64,000 bases of DNA, from the NCBI GenBank assembly GCA_976226885.1, contig OZ320316.1, forward strand, positions 87,420,001-87,484,000, given 5' to 3'. The first letter of the stretch is position 1. Every line of letters begins with the position of its first letter. The position numbers and the translations under genes were made by a program. This DNA is from Iphione sp. A-MEVVRFRX5. Taxonomy: Eukaryota. Under the pieces are notes generated by a model, which worked only from the letters and a program-made list of their open reading frames with translations, had not been told where the DNA came from and did no database searches. Shown in pieces: positions 29,388-37,400 of the stretch.

Positions 29388-30136
29388 TTGGTGGCAGCGG
29401 TGGGATCTCGTCCCCCGCTGGCCGCCCCCCCGTAGGGAGGGGGCGCCGACGCTTACAGTCGCCGCCCGCACCAGGAAGGGATAGCGACTCAGAGGCCTGG
29501 GGTACCGAAGGCGCTCTGAGCTCGGACAGTGAGATTGAGCTGATGTTGGTCCGCCCCCCGTCGCGGGCCGCGCCCCGGCCGTCGAGGCGTCGGACGCCGA
29601 CGGGCGCCCCGCGGGTGGAACCTGGCGCGTCGACGGCTGGCGCGTCCCGACGAGGGAAGGAGTCCACCGACGCGGGAGCGAGCAGTGCGTCGACGAAGGG
29701 CGCACGAGCGCGGGGTGCCACGACGCTCGGTGCCGCGGCGATCGACGCAGATGCTATTGACGCAGGTGCGATCGACGCAGGTACGATCGACGCAGGTACG
29801 ATCGACGCAGGAACGATCGACGCAGGTACGATCGACGCAGGTACGATCGACGCAGGTATGATCGACGCAGGTACGATCGACGCAGGTACGATCGACGCGG
29901 ATGCTACCGACGCGGATGCTACCGACGCAGATGCTACCGATGCAGATGCCAGCGACGCAGACGACACCAGCACGGACGCCCCTGGTGCAGGCCACACCAA
30001 CGCCGACGCGGTCAATGCAGGTGCGCTTGGCGCGGGCGCGGGCGGGGTATATGCACCCCGGGGGGGGCGGCCGGCTCGAGCACCCCCCTTCCCCGCGGGC
30101 TCAACACAGCGGGTACCAGAGGAGCGGATACCGTGA
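29357..30136 (+). CDS. 5' ORF ('ORF0', 259 aa) starting in the LTR; low-complexity with IDAGT repeats; may be a Gag N-terminus or the first exon of a spliced ORF
   Basis: ATG at 29357 (MSYLRSGRRY) lies in the frame of track ORF 29060..30136. The stop overlaps the GTG at 30133 of the gag frame. Confidence 0.6.
   Translation: MSYLRSGRRYIGGSGGISSPAGRPPVGRGRRRLQSPPAPGRDSDSEAWGTEGALSSDSEIELMLVRPPSRAAPRPSRRRTPTGAPRVEPGASTAGASRRGKESTDAGASSASTKGARARGATTLGAAAIDADAIDAGAIDAGTIDAGTIDAGTIDAGTIDAGTIDAGMIDAGTIDAGTIDADATDADATDADATDADASDADDTSTDAPGAGHTNADAVNAGALGAGAGGVYAPRGGRPARAPPFPAGSTQRVPEERIP
29389..29406 (+). promoter_or_regulatory. Primer-binding site complementary to the tRNA-Leu 3' end
   Basis: TGGTGGCAGCGGTGGGAT starts 1 nt after the LTR. 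It is the reverse complement of ATCCCACCGCTGCCA+CCA, the 3' end of metazoan tRNA-Leu(AAG/TAG) as recalled. Confidence 0.85.
29741..29965 (+). repeat. 15 x 15-bp coding tandem repeat (consensus ATCGACGCAGGTACG)
   Basis: Counted unit by unit. Encodes IDADA/IDAGT/TDADA in the ORF0 frame. Confidence 0.95.
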
Positions 30137-31317
30137 CACGCACCGGCGGATCGGCAAGCGGCTCACTACTGGTACCTGGCCCCTCCCACGCGATAGCGAA
30201 GAGCGGAGGAGGGAACCACGTTGTCAAGCCGGGAGCCGCCCGCCCGAAGGGCGAACCGCAGGTTCCCCCCCACCGCGGCCCTGGTCGGGGGCGGTCCGAT
30301 ACCCGGAAGCCAGCCCACCTGGACCCGGGACGCGCCCCGCGGGCGCCTGGGGCATCCGCGGCGAGAACTCCAACCGACGAGGCCACTGCCTTGGTGCGAG
30401 GGTTGGTGTCCGGATTACAGGCCGCGATGCAGCCCCAGGCGGTGCCCCTGCCACCACCACGGCGGCACCATGTGAAACCTGAACCTTTCGACGGATCTGC
30501 ACCCTTGTCTGAATTCCTGCACCACTTCGGACTCGTTGCGAAGACCAACCGTTGGGACGACGCTGAGAAGGCCCTCCAGCTCAGCGTCTGTTTACGGAAG
30601 TCGGCCCAGTCGGCCCTCCGGTCGGCCAACGTGGACGTATCAGCACCCGGGGCCTACGCCCGGATAGAGGAGGTGCTGAAACAGAGGTTCCAGTCGGAGG
30701 ACCGCGTTACCTTTTTCGAGCAGGAGCTCAAACAGCGGCGCCAGGGCAAGGATGAGGATGCCCAGAAGCTGGGAGAGGAGATCGAGCGGCTGGCTCGGCA
30801 AGCCTACCCGGAAGCCGAAGGGGTCTGGCTTGACCGCATGTGCAAGGACTCCTTCGTCAGTGCCCTACGGGACGAACGAAGCCGCCGCTGGGTGGTGCAG
30901 GCCAAGGCCAGGACGTTCCAGGCAGCAGTCTCGGAAGCCCTCCTAGTGGAGTCGTTCCATCGGGCAGAAAAGGAACGTAGCCCCCCTGCCACCCAATCGC
31001 GTGTACGGGCGGCTCGCACTGAGGAGGACGAGGCCTTGGCCGCGGCAGCTCGCACCGCCCCCACGCCCCCCCCGCAGGCTTGGGACCGGATAGAGCAGCT
31101 GCTGGTCCGCCTGCTGGAGGCGCCCGCCGCCGCGCCCGCCCGACGAGGTCGTCGGGGAGGGAACGCAGAGGGCGGGTGCTTTTATTGCCATGAGAAAGGT
31201 CACTTCAAGCGGGATTGCCCGGCGCGCAAGGCGGCAGAAGGAGCGGGGGCGGCGGCCCCCCCAGCGGCCCCATCCAGCGAGGCGGGAAACGGGCAGCCGC
31301 CCGCCCCGGCCCAGTAG
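30133..31317 (+). CDS. gag: Gag (capsid-like region + CCHC zinc knuckle); true start uncertain
   Basis: KPEPFDGSAPLSEFLHHF...NRW capsid-type start and CFYCHEKGHFKRDC knuckle. The frame is open from 29761; the first ATG is at 30427. Confidence 0.9.
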   Translation: MTRTGGSASGSLLVPGPSHAIAKSGGGNHVVKPGAARPKGEPQVPPHRGPGRGRSDTRKPAHLDPGRAPRAPGASAARTPTDEATALVRGLVSGLQAAMQPQAVPLPPPRRHHVKPEPFDGSAPLSEFLHHFGLVAKTNRWDDAEKALQLSVCLRKSAQSALRSANVDVSAPGAYARIEEVLKQRFQSEDRVTFFEQELKQRRQGKDEDAQKLGEEIERLARQAYPEAEGVWLDRMCKDSFVSALRDERSRRWVVQAKARTFQAAVSEALLVESFHRAEKERSPPATQSRVRAARTEEDEALAAAARTAPTPPPQAWDRIEQLLVRLLEAPAAAPARRGRRGGNAEGGCFYCHEKGHFKRDCPARKAAEGAGAAAPPAAPSSEAGNGQPPAPAQ

Positions 31318-31327
31318 GGCGGGCGGC
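31284..31327 (+). promoter_or_regulatory. -1 programmed ribosomal frameshift signal (gag to pol)
   Basis: Slippery heptamer G GGA AAC (31284-90) in the gag frame, then a 5-nt spacer. Perfect 11-bp stem GCCGCCCGCCC (31296-306) / GGGCGGGCGGC (31317-27). A -1 shift lands in the pol frame. Confidence 0.8.
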
Positions 31328-31469
31328 CGCAACCGACGTTTCCCTGGGACTGCCGGAGTGTCTGCAGGCTCTGGCAGGGGCAGTCCAGGGAGAGCCGGCG
31401 GTCACCCTGCAGGGCCACTGAAGGCGCGAGTTCAACGGACTGCTCCTGTCAGGGGAGTTTGGGGGCAGA

Positions 31470-34400
31470 ATGATTGATTGGCTGATCGATACTGGCGCTT
31501 CAGCATTGCTCCTCTCCGCTAAGGTGTTCGAATCGCTGCACGGAGTTCCGCTGGGACCCGTGGACGCCCGCGTGTACGGTGTAGACGGCGCCCCGCTCGC
31601 AGTGAGAGGATCCGTGGCGGGGATGGTGTACTTCCAGGAGGCCGCAATCCCCATGCGGGCTCGAGTGGTGGATATGGAAGTGCCTGCTATACTGGGACTT
31701 GACTGGCTGGACCGCTGGGAGGCGGTGGTGGACTCTCGGAAGGCGCAGGTGGCGTTAGGCCGGATACCGGAAGAGACAGCGGCACCCTTGACGGTGGCAG
31801 CGGACACCACGGTCCCAGCGGGACAGGTCGGGTGGCTGCAAGCCGAGTGGCGGGGAGAGGGACTCCCGGGTGAGAGCATATTGGCAGAGGCCAGCAGCCA
31901 GTTCGAGGAGAGGTCGGGGCTGCGAGTGGCCAGGGCCGTGGTGTGCCCGCAAGAAGGCCGGCTGTGGGTGCCCCTTTGGAACCCGGGACCAGTCGCAGCT
32001 TGCGTCTTCCGTAGTACGCAGCTCGGGACAGGCCATGTGGTGAGCGATGTGGTGACCACCTACGCGGCACCGGCGGAGGCTGTGAGGGCCGAGCAACGGG
32101 AAGCGGTGAAACAGCTGCTAGACCAACTACCAGAAGGACTGTCGGGCAATGACCGAAGCAGGATCCAGGCCATGCTGGAGGCACACCACGGCGTATTCCA
32201 GACACCAAGTGGACCCTTGGGGTGCACCCCCGTAGTGCAGCACCGGATCGACACGCAGGGGCACGCTCCCATCCGCCAACGGGCGCGGCGTCTACCGCCC
32301 CATAGGAAGGCGGAAGTGGAGCGGGAGGTGGAGTCGATGCTGGAGAAGGGGGTGCTGGAGCATTCCACCAGCCCGTGGGCGTCCCCCCTAGTCCTGGTCA
32401 AAAAGAAGGACGGGAGCACCCGCTTCTGCATTGACTATCGGCGGCTGAACGCGGTGACGAAGAAAGACGCGTATCCCTTGCCTCGCATCGACGACACCCT
32501 GGATGCGCTGCAGGGGAACCGCTATTTTTCTGCAATTGACCTGGCCAGTGGCTACTGGCAGGTCAGGATGGACCCGGCCGATGCAGAAAAGACGGCCGTG
32601 TGCACTCCTGGAGGGCTATACCAGTTTCGGGTGATGCCCTTCGGGTTGTGCAACGCACCGTCGACCTTCGAGCGCCTCATGGAGTCCGTGCTGCGGGGCA
32701 TGGTGGGCACAGACTGCCTCGTGTATCTGGACGACATCATCGTGCTGGGCCGCACGGTGGAAGAGATGTGCGACCGTCTGGGGCGAGTCTTCGACCGGCT
32801 CCAGCAAGCCGGACTGCGAGTCAAGGCATCGAAGTGTCAGCTGTTTCAAGAGGAGGTGGCGTATTTGGGCCACCGGGTGTCTGCCCGCGGTGTCGGGGTG
32901 GACCCCGAGAAGATTGCCGCTGTGTCCGCCTGGCCGGTGCCGCGTTGCAGTGAGGAGTTACGCGGGTTCCTCGGCCTCTGCTCATATTACCGGAGCTTTG
33001 TGGAGGGCTTTGCACGGATTGCGGCCCCCCTCCACGCGATGGCGGACCGACTGGCGGAGTTCGCCTGGACGGAGGAATGCCAACAGGCCTTCGACCACCT
33101 GAAACGACGACTGTGTTCGGCACCGATCCTGGGCTACCCCTCCCCGCAGGGAAGGCTGTTGCTCGACACGGACGCCTCCGACACGGGCGTCGGGGCAGTG
33201 CTGTCCCAGGTCCAGGACGGACAGGAGCGGGTCCTGGCGTATGCGAGCCGGACTCTCACTAAGCCTGAGCGGAATTATTGTGTGACACGACGGGAGCTGC
33301 TGGCCGTGGTGTTTGCCTTGCGCAAATTCCGCTGCTATGTGGGAGGGCGGAGTGTCGAGATCCGGACTGACCATGACTCGCTACGGTGGCTGTGTAGCTT
33401 CCGGGAACCGCAGGGCCAGCTAGCCCGTTGGTTGGAAGAAATCTTCTGCCACGACCTGGAAATCATCCATCGGCCAGGCCGGAAACACGGAAATGCGGAC
33501 GGCTTGTCGCGGCAGCGGTGCAAGCAGTGCACTAGGGAGATGATCCCGGAGGCCGCAGAAGTAGCCGCGGTCACGGCAACCCCGTGGGCGAGCGCTGCGC
33601 GCCTCGGCAACGCGCAAGCGGCAGAGGAAGGTACGAACACGATCCGCCGGGCCTTGGAGGCGGGGGACGATCCCCCAGGGCTAGAGGTCGGACTGACGTG
33701 GGAGGAGCGCCAGCTACGGGCGGAAGGAGGCCGGTTGTCCCTGCGAGGCGGAGTGCTGATGCGGCACTGGGAGGCCGAGGGCGGGCAGGCGGTATACCAG
33801 GCCTACGTCCCCTGCGCCATTCGGGCAGAGCTGTGGCAGGATGTTCACGCAGGCGCGATGGGAGGCCACCTGGGCGCCAAGAAGACCCTCGGGTTGCTGC
33901 GGCAGAAGTGGTTCTGGCCCGGGATGCGCCGAGATGTGGGGCGATGGACGGCGGCGTGCCAGGCTTGCCAGCGACGTAAGGCGCCGCCCTGTTCAAAGCG
34001 GGCCCCGCTACAGTCGCGGCCGGTGAACGAACCCTGGGAGTTGGTGGCGGCTGACATACTGGGGCCTCTGCCGGAAACGCCCCGGGGCAACCGGTATGTC
34101 TTGGTAGTGGCAGACCACTTCTCCAAGTGGACGGAGGCCTTTCCCCTGGCCGAGGCCACGGCTAAGGCTTCCGCGGAAGTCATCGTGCGGGAGGTGGTCT
34201 GCCGGTTTGGCCCCCCCCGGGTGTTCCATTCCGACCAGGGCCGCAACTTCGAGTCGGCGCTCTTTACCGAGGTGCTGCAGCTTCTGGGGGTGGAGAAGTC
34301 CAGGACTACCCCGTACCATCCGCAGAGCGACGGCGTGGTGGAGCGCTTCAACAGAACGCTGGCTAACATGCTGGGCACCCTGGGGGAGGAGCGTCGGGCC

Positions 34401-37400
34401 AGCTGGGATCTGGCCCTTCCCTACGTGATGGCCGCTTACCGGGCCACCCCCCAGGGTTCGACCAACATGTCGCCAAATCGGCTCCTGTTCCACCGTGAGG
34501 TCAACCTACCCGTGGAGCTCCGCTACGGATACCCCAAGCCGGACGTGGTGCAGCGGAACCAGTTCGTCAGCCAGGTAGAAGATGAGGTCCGGCAGGCCCA
34601 CCAGCGAGTGGCAGGGCGTCTGAACCGTGTGGCGGAGCACCGGCGTGACTGGTACAACCAGAAGGTCAGGCCGCAAGGTTACACCGTGGGACAGAGGGTC
34701 TGGTTGTTTTCACCACTTCGCCGCCGGGGAGTCCCTCACAAGTTCCAGGATTGGTGGGAAGGGCCTTGGCAGATAGAAGAGAGGCTTTCAGAGGTCACCT
34801 ATCGAATCGGCAAGGGCCCCAAAAGGAGAGTCGTCCATGCGGACCGACTCAAGCCAGCCAAGGAGGACCCTCAGGTGACTTGCACCAGTCAGGCTGTCCT
34901 CGCGGATGCAGGAATAGTGGCTGCGCCAACCGCCGGAGCTGGGAGTGTAGGTGCGTTGTGGCACCTTCGACGCGAGGCGTGGAACGAAGCTGCGTCGATG
35001 CGAGCTTCGCAGGTGCACCCTTCGCCAGCCCGTGGCGCCCCCCAGCGTAATTCCGCTCGTGCGTCGATGCTAGCACTGCAGACGCGCCCTTCGTCGGCAT
35101 GTGGCGCCCCCCAGTGTGAGTCCGCTGATCTAAGCTACTGGGAACGAGGCAGCACCCCCCGCGACTGCGTTCCTCGCTCGCAGACCTCGTGCCTTCATAG
35201 CCCGAGCAATCGACGGAGCAAGAATCCTCGCACGACAACCGAGAACGCATCGTTCCAACGGAAAGCCCGCCGCTACACTGAACGCCAGGACGCCGTGACC
35301 TTTCCCGCACGGACAGTACAAGGCCAGGTAGGCGTTTTATCAGGTGCAACAATCGTACAAGCTACGAGCGATAATAGGGGCCGCCCCGTTAGAAGGTGCC
35401 AGCCTTGCCACAGCAATAATCGAAGGGCCGGTGTAGGCTTCAGCACGAAGGGTGGCTGCGTTGATTGTACGGGAGTAAGGGCGCCGGACTGCCACCGTAA
35501 CTGCGCAGCCTGTACTGGCGGCGGAATATCGCGAGTTGAACGCGCAGGCGGCAGTTGTAAGGGAGCCACTTGTTCGCCAGTAGAAAGGTCGAGCCACGTT
35601 TGCGCTGTAGTAGAAGCACGCCGTGCTGACTCCGCGGCCTGTACTGGCGGCGAAATACCAAGGGTTAAACGTGTGAGCCATGTTTGCACTGTAGCAGGAA
35701 CGCCCTGTGCTGACTCCCGCCTTATTCCCGCAGGCACTCGACGCAGCGTCCGTCGGGGCAATAGCGCTCGACGCAGCTACAGTGTACGCCCCGTGCATCA
35801 GGACCACGACGTTGGCCGCGCTGACGGTTGCCGCAGCTACGATCGACGCACCTGCATTCCACGCAACAACGAACGGTGCCAGGACGATCAGCGCAGCCCC
35901 GCGCCCACTCACTACCAGCGACCCGAGGTCAGCATGGCGGAGCACGACCCGACCCCCAGCACCTCAGACGCCCCCGACGGCCCTCCCTTCCCCTGCCAGG
36001 TGTGCGGGAAGGAATTCGCCGAGCTGGAGGGCATGTACGAGCACATTGCAGCCGCCCATCAAGTCATCGGGTTTGGCTGGCTGTGCCCCTTCCCCAGATG
36101 TCAGGGGACCGCCTTCAAGCGTAGGGCCGATTGGAAGCGGCACGCAGTGAAGGTGCACGGCTCGGAGCGGGTGGCACACTCCACAGGCGTGGAGCTGCTC
36201 CGATTTTCGGGTTATAACCCGACATTCGGGGTGGTGCTGCCCTGTCCGCCTGAGCGGCAGGCAGAGTACGACCGCCGGAAGCGGCAGGATGAGAGGACCC
36301 GGCGGCGGGACCTATTGAACTGGATTGCTCAGCGGCAGGAGCAAGGGGAGACGGAAGAGGACTCGGGGGACGACCTCCCACCTGCGGGGCCGCCTGTGGC
36401 CGCGCCCCCGGGCCCCGGCCCCGTGGAGCCTGCACCCGCGGGCCCCGCCGACCGGGCAAACTCCCCCCCTCCCCCGAGAGGGGACTCTGCAGTCCCGGAG
36501 ACCCCCCCCGCGCCGCGGAAGGCCGATCCCCCACAGGACCCGGGCACCCCCCTGCTGGACGAGGCACCGCTCGGGCAAGGGCCCCACACCCCGTCAGAGA
36601 CACCTGAGTCGGGAACGTCGGCCCCTTCCCACACCGGCACGCCATCGGGAAGCTCCTCGTCTTCCCCTCCTCGTCGGGGAGCGCCCGCCCGGACCTACGA
36701 AAGGGCCAAGCCCCAGGGCACCCCGAGCTCCTCGTGTGCCCGCACCGCGCCGTTGGTGCCCACCCCTGCCGGCATCAACCTGGAGGGAACCCCGGCGGAG
36801 CCCCACCGCCGGCAACTGTTCCAAGGGGGACGAGCCAGAACACCCCCAGCGCCGCCGACTCCGCGGGAACCATCACCAGAACGGCCGGCCTGGTCAGATT
36901 ACGAAGACGCCACCGAGTCGTCACCCCTTGTGCCTGGAGGCGTATCCCTGCGGGGACGCGCATCCTTCCGCCATCCACGGCGCCGGGGGGCGGGTCGGAT
37001 ACCGACTTCCTCCTCCGAGGAAGAGCCCCGCACCCCAGGGAAGGGCTGGTGGACCAGCCCCGCCCGCGCTCGGACGCCCGGCCGCCGAGGGCCCGCGGGA
37101 CGCAGCCATACCCCGGCGAAGGTGAGCCGGACGGCAGAGGAAGAGGAAGCTCAGCTGGATCACCGGCTGGGCCCTGGCTGGGAGAGGCCGACGGAGAGTG
37201 GGCCTGTGGTGGTCCTCGAGGATTCGCCGGGTGCCTCCCCCCCGCTGGCGCGGAAGAAGGCCCAAGCTACGCCCCAAGCCAAGGAACCCGATACCCTGCA
37301 GCGGGCCATGGCCGCTACCTTAGGGGAGGTAGTGTGGTTAGAGGGGGAGAGCTCGGAGCTCTCCGACACCGGAGCGGGGCCCGGGGTGACGGCGCGTACC

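Noticed and set aside
29741-29965. CRISPR-like array
   Set aside because: Head-to-tail 15-bp units without unique spacers, in eukaryotic retrotransposon context.
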